Source of the DNA: Candidatus Obscuribacteraceae bacterium
GTDB taxonomy: Bacteria > Cyanobacteriota > Vampirovibrionia > Obscuribacterales > Obscuribacteraceae
Assembly: GCA_044229845.1 (NCBI GenBank)
Contig: JBGASG010000006.1
Location: 96,001-160,000, forward strand
Direction: 5' to 3'
DNA: 64,000 bases
The notes below the pieces were generated by a model. It ran no database searches, was not told the DNA's origin, and was given only the letters and a program-made list of their open reading frames with translations. Positions 1 to 9,628 of the stretch are shown piece by piece; the stretch's first letter is position 1; every line of letters begins with the position of its first letter. The position numbers and the translations under genes are program-made.

Positions 1-2918
1 CGTAGGAAATCTCGCGCCCGGCGGGATGAGTAGTTAGCCCAGAACGCACCGACTCCCCAGCCCAAGTGACAAAAGATCTTGTTACCGCTCGCAGAGAAGG
101 AGCAATTATGGGAACGACTGAACGAGTCATCCGTTAGCATGTATGCAACTTTCTGAGCGATCGTTTCCAGCGTGTCTCCACTGACGACAGTGTACGAGAA
201 GACTGGGTAGGTAGGTGGATAAGCCGAGTGCAAGTAGACAATGTCGCCGGCAGTTGGTGTGCCGCCAAAAACTATGTTCACGGGAGAGCGGCTCCAGTCC
301 TGTTCCAGCTCCGCTGTGAAAGTCTCGGTAGCGCCGCCTGATGTCAGAGCCTGCGGATAACTGTAATAGACATCTTCGGGAGTTACAACCAGGTAGCCGT
401 CGTCCATCTCAGCGTAAATTCCACGCTTGAGAAATTCGCTGTCGTTGTTGACCAGGTCGCCCAATTCTTCGAGTATATCGTTGGCGGTGTCGCCGCTCTG
501 CACCGTATATGATACCGTTTTCACTGCGCCCGGCAGCAGGTTGTTCCAGATCCGCACCGAGAGAATATCTCCTGGTGTGATGGTGCCCGTAATCGAAAAA
601 CGCGCTTTCAAATTATAGTCATTTCGTTGCGTGATTGCGCTCGGCCGGTTTAGTGTGTCGTAGAAGCCTGAAGAGATTTGATTCGGGTACGTGTATGCAA
701 TCTGAGACTCAAGCGGATTCTTTGAAGCACGTGCAATTGGCGCAACATTAGCTGAGAAACCCTCAGCAAACCACGTTGTCTTGCGGCAGTGCGAAAATAT
801 CCGGTTGGTTGGATCATTTGGGTAGCGTGCCATGGCCTCGCGGTCCCAGTAGTGCGTTTCATTTTCATGATCCAGAGTGTGCTCAATAACAGATGTGGTG
901 CCATCAGGATAAGCGAAATTCAGTCCGCGTCCTGGGTACACATAGCCGGTCGAAATCGTGTAACTGTCAAAATCAGTCGTACCATACGGCGTCGTCAAAG
1001 ACTCGCAGAAAGCGCTTCCGACGTCATATGTGAAAGTTGATTCAATGCCAACGGCGTCAGTAATTGCCTCCAGAAAATAGTTGCCATCGTAGGAAAAGGA
1101 GCAGTCTCTGCCAAATGGATCGTGGATCGCAGAGATCAGGAAGAAGTCCGGGTCGAGCGGGTTATTTGATGCATGATCAAACGTGGTCACATTTCCGTTA
1201 GCATCCGTCACCGACTGGATTCGAAAGTCGACATCGTAGGCGACGGTTGCACTATTGCCTTGTGGATCAATCACTTCTGTCATGAAGTAGTTGTCGTTGC
1301 CGTCATCCAGATCGAAGACTTCAATCGAGCCGTCCGGTAATTCGCGGTGATAGACACCGGCACTTGGAACAGTCAATTCCGCTACGGACATGACATCTGG
1401 ATCGTAAGGATCACCTGAATTTCCTGTGTAGTCATGCGGCTCTACGCCACCGTCGCGCAAGTGTACCGTTGCGTTATTTGAACCGTCTATGGAGATCCAA
1501 GACACCCAGTTAGTAGACCAGTTCGGTCCAAGATTGGAGAACGTAAACGTAGCAGGTTGCTCAATTTCATTCTGGCTGTAATTGACCGCAAATCTCATGT
1601 CAGGACCGATTGGACAGTTATAGGACAGTGGCTCATCACGAATGTTCAACTCTGCTTGCATGGTCCATGCGGTTGCCACCGCCATGCCACCACATCCGCA
1701 GTTGGGACCGGTGCATTGATTCGGATGGTCTGAGCCTTTGTTTTCGTTACTTGTTTGCATGTAGCCTTTGCCGAATATATTCGCGGCTACAGAATCTGAA
1801 ACAGGCTCCCAACCAGCAGGCAATTCTCCTGCCGGCACAAGAAAGAATCCATCACTCTCCGAATCTATAGCTCGCTTGCTTACCCAAAGTTGCCCGTTTC
1901 GATCAAAGGTCGGATCTTCAATATGGAACTTGCTGTCCTTCAACTCAGTTAGCGCGCCATAGTGTCCTGCACGCCAATGCATAACAGCCGGCAATAACAC
2001 GTCAGCTCCAGGGGATCGCTTAGCAATCTGCATATTCAAGCCGCCCTTCTGGGCCAGCTGCTTAACCTCGAGCAACGAATTGCCCTTGCTGGTCGACTTT
2101 GCTTTGCGAATAAATGAATCGGCTGGCACCGGAGTGCCCTTAAGTTCCATCAGCGTTTGTACGGCAAAGGGTCCGCATCTAAATGCATCACCTGGCGCTT
2201 TCTGCATGACCTGGACCGCATCGCGTGCTGCGGAAACTCTCTCACTGGATGAACCCACCATCGGACGATTTCCAATTTCAGCCAGTCCGACTTTCATTTC
2301 GTCCAATCTGCCAAGCATCCCCTCTAAGAAGAGAAGTTCTGAAAGAGCACGTTGAGCCAGTTGAGATTGCTCCTTTCCTTTTGCACTCTTCGACTGCTGC
2401 CATGAGGTATTCAGCAGGGCAAGTGCCTCGCTGATATAACCTGTTTCTCGGCGGAGCAATCCGACGTTCAATGCAAGCGCAGCATTCCAGCGCGAGTTAG
2501 GATGCGTATCCATGAATGAAGTAATTGCAGATACGTCTTCCGGGTCATTCTTCGCCTTGAATGCAATCAAAGCCTTCGCAAGCTCCGCATTTTCTCCGGC
2601 CACTCGTGATCCAGTCATTGCCACCAGTGGTTCGGAGAAGGACCTCGATCTAAAAATTTCGGCATCAGTAGGAGCTGGTGACAGTACAAATTGATGTTTG
2701 CGCGCAGTCGACATGGCAGCTCGTTCCTGGGCGCTGACAGCGCCAATAGGATTGTGAGGCATCTTCTTTGGTGCATGTCCGTGCGGCGCTCGCCTCATCG
2801 GATGAACCGGCTCGGCTGCCATTACCGGCAATACCGCCTGGGTGAAAACAACCAGGATTGACATAAGGCTACTCATGCCTTTTTTCAGAGTCTGGTTATT
2901 CTTGGAAGTGCGAAACAT
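1..2918 (-). CDS. Large secreted protein with peptidase C39-like domain, YD/RHS-type repeats and LysM-like inserts (partial, continues past left edge)
   Basis: Absent from the ORF track, which needs a stop in the window. Manual translation from ATG 2918 (RBS AGGAGA upstream) reads open to base 1: MFRTSKNNQTLKKGMSSLMSILVVFTQAVLPVMA (signal-like); C39-type motifs FRCGPFAV, MHWRAGHYGAL, HIEDP; YD-like repeats (VIDPQGNSATVAYDVDFRIQSVTDANGNVTTF, IHDPFGRDCSFSYDG, ITDAVGIESTFTYD); YTVQSGDT and YTVVSGDTLETIA. Confidence 0.85.
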   Translation of the reverse strand, partial: MFRTSKNNQTLKKGMSSLMSILVVFTQAVLPVMAAEPVHPMRRAPHGHAPKKMPHNPIGAVSAQERAAMSTARKHQFVLSPAPTDAEIFRSRSFSEPLVAMTGSRVAGENAELAKALIAFKAKNDPEDVSAITSFMDTHPNSRWNAALALNVGLLRRETGYISEALALLNTSWQQSKSAKGKEQSQLAQRALSELLFLEGMLGRLDEMKVGLAEIGNRPMVGSSSERVSAARDAVQVMQKAPGDAFRCGPFAVQTLMELKGTPVPADSFIRKAKSTSKGNSLLEVKQLAQKGGLNMQIAKRSPGADVLLPAVMHWRAGHYGALTELKDSKFHIEDPTFDRNGQLWVSKRAIDSESDGFFLVPAGELPAGWEPVSDSVAANIFGKGYMQTSNENKGSDHPNQCTGPNCGCGGMAVATAWTMQAELNIRDEPLSYNCPIGPDMRFAVNYSQNEIEQPATFTFSNLGPNWSTNWVSWISIDGSNNATVHLRDGGVEPHDYTGNSGDPYDPDVMSVAELTVPSAGVYHRELPDGSIEVFDLDDGNDNYFMTEVIDPQGNSATVAYDVDFRIQSVTDANGNVTTFDHASNNPLDPDFFLISAIHDPFGRDCSFSYDGNYFLEAITDAVGIESTFTYDVGSAFCESLTTPYGTTDFDSYTISTGYVYPGRGLNFAYPDGTTSVIEHTLDHENETHYWDREAMARYPNDPTNRIFSHCRKTTWFAEGFSANVAPIARASKNPLESQIAYTYPNQISSGFYDTLNRPSAITQRNDYNLKARFSITGTITPGDILSVRIWNNLLPGAVKTVSYTVQSGDTANDILEELGDLVNNDSEFLKRGIYAEMDDGYLVVTPEDVYYSYPQALTSGGATETFTAELEQDWSRSPVNIVFGGTPTAGDIVYLHSAYPPTYPVFSYTVVSGDTLETIAQKVAYMLTDDSFSRSHNCSFSASGNKIFCHLGWGVGAFWANYSSRRARDFL

Positions 2919-2939
2919 AATTCTCCTGCTTTGTCAGTT

Positions 2940-3401
2940 TTACTGACCGATAACTGGGCGCTGCAAATTGATGACTGGTGCGGTGGTGCCACCAGCGGAT
3001 GGTGCGGGGTACTTCTGGGCGTCTAAGGTGTATGAGGCCGTGACGACGCTGCTGGTCGAAACACCGACGACAGCTATAGCCTTGATCGTTTCGCTCCAGC
3101 GAATGGTCAGTGGTCCGGTGTATAAGGTGCTGCCGGTCGAAGGCGAACTTCCATCACGAGTAAAACGGATCTCGCCATCAAAAGGAATCGCGATCGCCAC
3201 CTGATGCGGGGCGGAGAAGTTTGTGCCGCTGGGGACGCTAAATACTGGGTTGCGTGGTGCTGCCTGTGCAGCCAAGCACACAAGTAGGAGGATTGCGCTC
3301 GCGACTACGAATATCCAAAGCACTTGTTCGAACCAATCGAACAAGCGCTTTCTAATTTGAGAGCGGCACAGCTTATGGTGCTCTGGTGAAATGTGCAGCA
3401 T
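2940..3401 (-). CDS. Small exported protein with chitobiase/beta-hexosaminidase C-terminal (Fn3-associated) domain
   Basis: PVFSVPSG...IRFTRDGSSPSTGSTLYTGPLTIRWSETIKAIAV pattern; hydrophobic N-terminal segment; RBS AGGAGG upstream; 21 bp upstream of the RHS-like gene on the same strand. Confidence 0.8.
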   Translation of the reverse strand: MLHISPEHHKLCRSQIRKRLFDWFEQVLWIFVVASAILLLVCLAAQAAPRNPVFSVPSGTNFSAPHQVAIAIPFDGEIRFTRDGSSPSTGSTLYTGPLTIRWSETIKAIAVVGVSTSSVVTASYTLDAQKYPAPSAGGTTAPVINLQRPVIGQ

Positions 3402-4350
3402 TGTCTATCACACCTCCTGATAAGTGTGCATGCGTCTACTTGCGAGCTTAAGATCTCGCGCGGATTTAATGACTCAATGGGCACCAGAAGCGGTGCCTCT
3501 CACTATAGAGGAAAGATATGCGCTCGCTTCTTCATGGCTGAGCGTCGTGCTCTATACGTTTCGCGTCGCTCATTCCCCAGCGTCTTTCTGGTGGCTGTTG
3601 CGGCGACATGGAAGCCTTGGGTTTCTTCTACTCCGGGACGTGGGCAGGCAGGCAATCGCCTGTCGAACCAGTTCTACTAAAAGATATCCAGGACAGGCGT
3701 TTCGAAATTCAAGTTAGGTATTTGTGTGATCATTCGATTGAACCTTTTAATCTCTTGAACTTCTCGCCGCCTGCCTGGGCAAGGGATGCTTTGCGGATTC
3801 CAATTAGGTTATTGTCCACAAACGTCAAAACTTTCAAGCCCCCCTCTGAAGGGTGGCGCTTGAAGTGCCGCTCGGTATGTGGTTGTCCGGCTGTGTGCCT
3901 GTAAGAACAGGGTAAGATACAGGACCTCGGCGATGAGTGCGTCAGCGAATATAGGATTTCTCTCAAGTTCCAAAAGCCAGTCTCCGTGACATTGGAACGC
4001 CCTGTGAGGGGTCCACTCATTCTTGTGCTGACACTACCCTCGGTGCTGTCCTTCCTGAGCGATTTGTGTGGATATAGCGAAAACCCCTAATGTTACACAA
4101 TTCGAAACTGTCGGAGGAGTTACCCTCGCCGCCAACCAAATTTTACTGGGTCCTCTGGCGCTACCATCGGGTCGTTGTGACGAAATCATCACAAGTTTCC
4201 AACAGCGGTTTTTAACTTTTTCTGTGGACAACGACACCATAAGCGGTGCCGCTTGTCAACCGGCGTGTATCTGCTATGCTGTATTTGGAAACCCGGGAGT
4301 CGGCATTCAGGCTGACTTTCAGGAGGCAGCCGGTTCCAAGGTACACCGAG

Positions 4351-5277
4351 ATGGTTGGCACAGAACCAGAGTCAGCACCCCCCGACGCCGAACCTGAGGA
4401 ACACAGGGAATCGGAGCATGAGGAAGAGAATCCCGCCGCAGAGCGTCAATTCGCGGACGATAGCGAGAAACGGGGCGTCAGCACCGAAACGACGGTCGAC
4501 GAAATTGATCTAGTTAAGAAGGGAGATTCGACTGCCTTTGAATCCTTGCTCAACCGACACTCCGCGATAATCTCTCGATGTGCGCGAAGGTTCACACGCC
4601 CCAACCTGGGACTCGAGTTTTCCGACCTGTGTTCAGTGGGTAATGAAGCTCTTTGGGATGCTGCCAAGAAATTTGACCCCAATAGAGAAGTTCGATTCTC
4701 AACATTCGCTACAACCCTCATCTTTCGCGGTATATATCGCTACGCGCGCAGAACTGGCGAACTATTGCATCGATCTGAGAGATGGAGGAAGATTGAAGAG
4801 CGAGTTGAAGCACTCGAATATGAGACCTATACTTTATCGGGACGAACACTGTCTGAAACGGAAGTTGCAGCCTTGCTCGATCTTACCGCTCAGGAAGTTT
4901 TGGAAGTAAGAAGTCTAAGGCGATGGATCGTATCCGGAGATCAAAAAGAGAGTGAGGACGATGCAGACGTTCCGTATGCGAATTTTCCTGACGATAACGA
5001 TTCATTTGCGAAAGTCCAGGATAGGGATACGGTGAAGTTCCTTCTCAAGGACCTCACTCCGCGCGAGCGCGATGTCCTCATTCTAAGACTTGATCTTCTT
5101 GGAGACGGCGAGCACACCTTGGACGAGATTGGAAAGAAGTGGAAGATAACCGCAGAGCGAGTCAGGCAGATTGAAGCAAAAGCCTATTCGAAGTTTCGTT
5201 CGAAGCGCATCTTGGACATGCTATACGGACCAGCGAGTGCTTCGGCGCCAAATGTCGCTTCACCGACTTCGCTGTAG
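4351..5277 (+). CDS. RNA polymerase sigma-70 family factor (regions 2-4, no region 1)
   Basis: DLCSVGNEALWDAAKKFDPNREVRFSTFAT (region 2); LTPRERDVLILRLDL...TLDEIGKKWKITAERVRQIEAKA (region 4.2). Start uncertain: ORF open from 4246, ATG 4351 chosen. Confidence 0.9.
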   Translation: MVGTEPESAPPDAEPEEHRESEHEEENPAAERQFADDSEKRGVSTETTVDEIDLVKKGDSTAFESLLNRHSAIISRCARRFTRPNLGLEFSDLCSVGNEALWDAAKKFDPNREVRFSTFATTLIFRGIYRYARRTGELLHRSERWRKIEERVEALEYETYTLSGRTLSETEVAALLDLTAQEVLEVRSLRRWIVSGDQKESEDDADVPYANFPDDNDSFAKVQDRDTVKFLLKDLTPRERDVLILRLDLLGDGEHTLDEIGKKWKITAERVRQIEAKAYSKFRSKRILDMLYGPASASAPNVASPTSL

Positions 5278-5303
5278 ATTGGAAGGCTAGCGACGTCCAA
5301 TCT
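5276..5303. terminator. Inverted repeat between convergent sigma and GH25 genes, possible terminator
   Basis: AGATTGGA (5276-5283) ... TCCAATCT (5296-5303); no clear U-tract. Confidence 0.3.
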
Positions 5304-5312
5304 GGAAGTGCG

Positions 5313-5942
5313 TCATGCTTTTGGCTTCGAAAGGGCGACAAGATCGCCCGGCGCGCCTCTGAACCGATTTACATCAACGTTGCCGGAGACGCCAGGAATT
5401 TGGCCTTTATCGCTAAATTGCCAGAAAGTCCACTTCGACCAGGGTGGCGGAATCAACGGATTGGGTTTCGATGTGTAGTGCGCAATCCAGAGCGGATAAC
5501 TGCTGAGTTCAGGATATTTAGCCGATTGCAGAACGTCTCGCGCGAAATAAAACCCGAGGTACAAAATAGGTTTCGTGCCGAGTTCTTCCTCGACCATGCG
5601 CAGCCAGGTCAGAACCATTTCCATTCTCTGGTGCGGTGCAATCGGAGTCCACTTGTTGCCTTCCAAGTCCAGGACGGCAGGGAGGTCGCCGGCACCGGCT
5701 GCTTGAAGCGTCGACAGGAAGTGCTTGGCTTGCAGGGCGGCGGGTTGCGTTGGGTCAAAGAAGTGGTATGCACCACGGACGATTCCTTGGGATTTTGTTT
5801 CTGCCCAGTCGTGCTTAAAACGCGGGTTGACGTATTTGATTCCTTCGGTTGCCTTGATAAAGGCGAATGTAATGCCGCTAGCCTTGACCTTCGCCCACGA
5901 GATTTTTCCCTGCCAACTTGATGTATCGATCCCTTCCAGCAT
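5313..5942 (-). CDS. Glycoside hydrolase family 25 muramidase (lysozyme M1-like), no signal peptide or binding domain
   Basis: GIDTSSWQG, FAFIKATEG, GAYHFF, DLE catalytic motif, LWIAHY, WTFWQFS, VDVN. Confidence 0.93.
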   Translation of the reverse strand: MLEGIDTSSWQGKISWAKVKASGITFAFIKATEGIKYVNPRFKHDWAETKSQGIVRGAYHFFDPTQPAALQAKHFLSTLQAAGAGDLPAVLDLEGNKWTPIAPHQRMEMVLTWLRMVEEELGTKPILYLGFYFARDVLQSAKYPELSSYPLWIAHYTSKPNPLIPPPWSKWTFWQFSDKGQIPGVSGNVDVNRFRGAPGDLVALSKPKA

Positions 5943-6051
5943 AAGTGCCACCATTCCTGAAGTCGCACTTCCATCCTATCGCCTGGTGTCGGTTTGCGCT
6001 AGTCCCCGGCACCGGTGACAGTGGCAGACATTGTCTCCACCTGTGGTGCCC

Positions 6052-6080
6052 TTGACGGAATCGCCAAGTCGCACTATAAC
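6052..6080 (+). promoter_or_regulatory. Sigma-70-type promoter for the 6146 gene and patatin
   Basis: TTGACG (6052-6057), 17 bp spacer, TATAAC (6075-6080). Confidence 0.6.
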
Positions 6081-6145
6081 GGTAAAAGAGGCTCCAGAAC
6101 TTAGCGGGAGCCGATTCGGGAGAGGTCCGGACGGACCGTCGAACT

Positions 6146-6553
6146 ATGGCATTCAGCAATAATAATGATGATCATGATCTAGATCTATTTTGTTTGGCTA
6201 CCAGGGATGGTGGCGTTAAGTGGACCATTGTCCAACGGATGGACGGAGCGCTTTTTGATGTCGCGACCGTGGAAGGTTGCTCTCAACCTGTCGCTGCCTG
6301 GATCGTCGAATCCATGAATGAACTTCATCGGAGCGAACAAAGGTTTCTCGTCCGCCGGGCGCTCGCCGAGGCTTTCGATAAGCGCGACGAGCAGATGCGC
6401 CTTCAGAAATCTGACAATCGGGTCCGCCGCGCCGAGCACGTGATCTGGTGCATCTACCAGATCGCGAGTGAACCCCAAAAGGCGGCCGAGGCGCAGTGGC
6501 AACCGGTGCTAAATGTGTTGCGCGCGTATTTCGAACGCTTCCGGGGGACGTAG
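6146..6553 (+). CDS. Hypothetical protein, paralog A of the 8428-8823 gene
   Basis: 135 aa; shares FCLAT...W...E.C.Q..A.WIV...N..H..EQR with the 8428 gene. Confidence 0.75.
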   Translation: MAFSNNNDDHDLDLFCLATRDGGVKWTIVQRMDGALFDVATVEGCSQPVAAWIVESMNELHRSEQRFLVRRALAEAFDKRDEQMRLQKSDNRVRRAEHVIWCIYQIASEPQKAAEAQWQPVLNVLRAYFERFRGT

Positions 6554-6574
6554 GTGCCAAGCGGATGATCGAGG

Positions 6575-8317
6575 ATGATTTTTGAAGTCGGACTAGTCTT
6601 ATCAGGAACGGTCTCCGCCGGCCCATACACGGCGGGAGTCATCGACTATTTGATCGAGGCTCTAGATGCCTGGTACGAAGCGAAGCGCGCCGGCGGCAGT
6701 GACATCCCAACGCATGATGTTCTCGTGCGAGTGGTCGCCGGCACATCAGGTGGTGCCATGACAGCCTCCCTATTGCCTGGCGCTCTTTATGGTGATTTCC
6801 AGCACTTCGCACAGCGAAGCTCAGCCTTAGTCACGAACAGCAATAATCGGCTCTACTGGAGTTGGGTCGAGGACATCGACATGACCGATTTGCTCCAGCG
6901 CTCCGACTTGAATGCGGCTGCGAATGTATGTTCCGTGTTTGACAGTACGAAAATCGAAAACATCGTCGATCAGATCTTCGACGTCGATCGACTAGGCAAG
7001 GCGCGCCCCCAGCCCGATTGGTTGGACACAGAATTGGACATCTATATAATGGTGACCGACTTGACGGGCGTTCCGTATGCGATCGACATGAACGGCGCCG
7101 CGCTGGGCATGCGCTCGCACGGAAGTTTCTTGCATTTTGTTTTAAGCCCCAACTTGGCACCCCAATCTCCCAGACCGTACTGGCTCGCCGATACGATTTG
7201 GCTGAATACGGCGTTGCTCAGAGGCAGCTCGCCTGCAAGCAACTCGCAGGCAGGCAGACAGCTCAAGAATGCAGCCCTGGCATCTGGTGCATTTCCCATC
7301 GGCTTGAAGAGCCGCGATCTCACCGTGAGCCGGTCGCATTATTTCTCTCTACCGTGGATGGTGCCTGTCAGTCCCGAGGAAGGGTGCATCGTTGTCAGAA
7401 CCATTCCGCCAGTCAAAGCCTGGCGCACGAGTGAAGCCGACTACACCTTCACCGCCGTGGATGGTGGCATCGTCAACAATTCAGCCGTGGAGTTTGCCCG
7501 GTTGTCGCTGCGCGGGTCCGGCATGGGGCGCAACCCCCGCTTCGCCGACCAAGCCGACAAGGCACTAATCATGATCACCCCCTTCGCCCGCCAGTCCTCG
7601 CCGGATGTCCGCCCGTCCGACATCTTCTCAATCGCCAAAGCGGTAGTCGTGGCAATGCTCGATCAGTCGCGGTTCAAGATAGACGAGCTGCGCCTTGCCC
7701 TAGATGAGGATGTGTACAGCCGGTTCATCATCTCGCCGAGTTACTCCGACCGGCGAGGTAACACCAGGCGTTGGCCGATTTATGGTGAACTGGTCGGCGC
7801 ATTTGGTGCCTTCGTTCACAAGACGTTCCGGAAGCACGACTATTTGCTGGGGCGGAGGAACTGTCAGCAGTTTCTTCGAAACCATTTCGTCCTTCCCTCC
7901 AAGCACGCGTTGTTTGCCGGACTGTCTGAGGAGATGAAGCTGCGGCATGCGGCAGACGTCGACGAGGCGAATGGGCAGCCTCTTCTCCGGAGCTACACGC
8001 ATAGCAGCCGTCCGGATGGGCCCAAGGAGGCTGATTACTTTGTGCAGGTGATACCGGTGATTAACCAAACCGAGGAACCCCTGCCCGCCGACTTCCGGGT
8101 CAACCCGTTGGCGGTCGTTAATTGGCAGGGACTGGAGCAAGCGATTGGACAGCGTCTCGATGCGGTGGTGCAAGCGCTCGTCAAACAAAAATTGGGTGCC
8201 GTGAAGAGCGCCCTGCTGCGCATGGTTCTGTGGGTGCCGCTAAGTGTGGTGCGCGCCCGGGTGGTAGCCACCATCATAGATTTGTTGAGACGCGAGTACT
8301 CGAAATTCGACCTCTGA
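6575..8317 (+). CDS. Patatin-like phospholipase
   Basis: GLVLSGTVSAGPYTAGV (variant Gly-rich loop), GTSGG nucleophile elbow, ASGAFP, DGG catalytic Asp. Confidence 0.9.
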   Translation: MIFEVGLVLSGTVSAGPYTAGVIDYLIEALDAWYEAKRAGGSDIPTHDVLVRVVAGTSGGAMTASLLPGALYGDFQHFAQRSSALVTNSNNRLYWSWVEDIDMTDLLQRSDLNAAANVCSVFDSTKIENIVDQIFDVDRLGKARPQPDWLDTELDIYIMVTDLTGVPYAIDMNGAALGMRSHGSFLHFVLSPNLAPQSPRPYWLADTIWLNTALLRGSSPASNSQAGRQLKNAALASGAFPIGLKSRDLTVSRSHYFSLPWMVPVSPEEGCIVVRTIPPVKAWRTSEADYTFTAVDGGIVNNSAVEFARLSLRGSGMGRNPRFADQADKALIMITPFARQSSPDVRPSDIFSIAKAVVVAMLDQSRFKIDELRLALDEDVYSRFIISPSYSDRRGNTRRWPIYGELVGAFGAFVHKTFRKHDYLLGRRNCQQFLRNHFVLPSKHALFAGLSEEMKLRHAADVDEANGQPLLRSYTHSSRPDGPKEADYFVQVIPVINQTEEPLPADFRVNPLAVVNWQGLEQAIGQRLDAVVQALVKQKLGAVKSALLRMVLWVPLSVVRARVVATIIDLLRREYSKFDL

Positions 8318-8370
8318 TGAAGCGAGTTTCGTGAGTATGATGATGTGAACTCGGGCATAGACAGTCGCTC

Positions 8371-8399
8371 TTGACAGCATGCGATGCTGGATCTATAAC
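8371..8399 (+). promoter_or_regulatory. Sigma-70-type promoter with an inverted repeat across the -35/spacer region
   Basis: TTGACA (8371-8376), 17 bp spacer, TATAAC (8394-8399); CAGCAT-gcg-ATGCTG at 8375-8389. Confidence 0.65.
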
Positions 8400-8427
8400 G
8401 AGGGTAGAGACTACTTGGACCAGCAAT

Positions 8428-8823
8428 GTGAGTACACGCGACGATTTACCATATATCGATGACGAGCCGTTTTGTCTGGCTACCCAAACTGATGGCTCCA
8501 ACTGGGAAGTCTTCATGATGACGGGGGATGACGTCTCCCTTGTTACTACGCTGGAAAACTGTCCGCAAGAATCCGCTGAGTGGATAGTAGACGCACTGAA
8601 CCAAAGACATCAGGCGGAACAGCGTGTTGCCAGATATAGAGCACGTCCCTTGCCGTATTGGGGCGCATCTGTTTCATCGGAAAACGAGGATGGTTCTGAA
8701 TGCGATACCACAGCCCTCATTGCCAAGCTATTTGATTTAGCGATTGCTTCCGGAATCGCAATAGATGGGGAATGGCGTGACGTAGTAGCAGAGGCCCATC
8801 AGTTTCTTACCGAGCATCCCTAA
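8428..8823 (+). CDS. Hypothetical protein, paralog B of the 6146-6553 gene
   Basis: The track start TTG 8371 coincides with the -35 box, so GTG 8428 is more plausible (131 aa); gap-free alignment to paralog A over 52 aa. Confidence 0.75.
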   Translation: MSTRDDLPYIDDEPFCLATQTDGSNWEVFMMTGDDVSLVTTLENCPQESAEWIVDALNQRHQAEQRVARYRARPLPYWGASVSSENEDGSECDTTALIAKLFDLAIASGIAIDGEWRDVVAEAHQFLTEHP

Positions 8824-9349
8824 TTTGCGCGAAGCTTTCTCTAACCAAGTTTGTTGGTCTCTGGGTGCCCCGCTCAATAGTTTTCGTTTGCGGACCAGAT
8901 AGGCGCGGTGTGACCGGGCTGGCCGTTGCCGGACCGCCCTGGAGAATATCCACGTTGGCAGTTGTACTTAGGCAAACCTCTGCACGCATGAGCGTGCGTT
9001 GCGCAATCCTGTTACACCTGATTAGCTCTGAACACAGAGCACCGGCAAGTGATTCTTCTGCAACTAAGAGGGTGCTCGCAGCAACAAATTGCAGACATCA
9101 CTGGTGCCAAGTTGGGGACGGTGAAGTCGAGGTTGTATCACGCCCGAAGAAACATTCAGGAAGCGATGGCTTTAAGCGCGTGAAATCAGGTATAGAGGGA
9201 GACAGAGGTGCACGTTGCTTCGGTCTCTTTCTTTCGCAGTTCTTCCAAGATGACAACAGACAATACAACACTCTCGGCTATACTTTGAGTTTCGCGGACT
9301 TAGTTTTAAGCTACGACTTGGAAGCAATTGTTTCTAAGTACTTAAAGGT

Positions 9350-9628
9350 ATGAGAGTCACAGCGACTCTCTACATGCTTCCGGGCAACGAGGACACGGCG
9401 GATGCTTTGGCGTTTGTGCGAAAGCTTTTGGAGAAATACGGTTCGGACAAAATTGAGCTTTTGATTGTGGATATCGGCCGCTTGGCTGAGAAGACGGCTG
9501 CAGAGAATGTGATTTGTGTGCCTTGCTTGGTGATCAGGACGGCAAAAGGCAGGGAGCATTTCGTGGTGGATTTGGAGAAGCAGAGGCGCGAGATTGAGTC
9601 ATTGTTAGGAAGCTCGCCGGGTTCTTAG
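9350..9628 (+). CDS. KaiB-like (thioredoxin-fold) protein
   Basis: TLYM...DALAFVRKLLEKY..KIELLIVDI...EKTAAENVICVPCLV...EHFVVDL matches the KaiB pattern LxLYV...AL..L..IL....L.VIDV...P.LAE...I.A.PTL......R.IIGDL. Confidence 0.7.
   Translation: MRVTATLYMLPGNEDTADALAFVRKLLEKYGSDKIELLIVDIGRLAEKTAAENVICVPCLVIRTAKGREHFVVDLEKQRREIESLLGSSPGS

Noticed and set aside
3730..4240. Short minus-strand ORFs upstream of the sigma factor (e.g. LTFVDNNLIG)
   Set aside because: No convincing motif or RBS; could be decayed gene fragments but not supportable
5313..5942. Prophage lysis cassette around GH25
   Set aside because: No holin, structural, terminase or integrase genes seen in the window
8865..9353. 162-aa ORF upstream of the KaiB-like gene
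   Set aside because: N-terminal two thirds look non-coding; only the last ~45 codons and the ATGA overlap hint at a remnant
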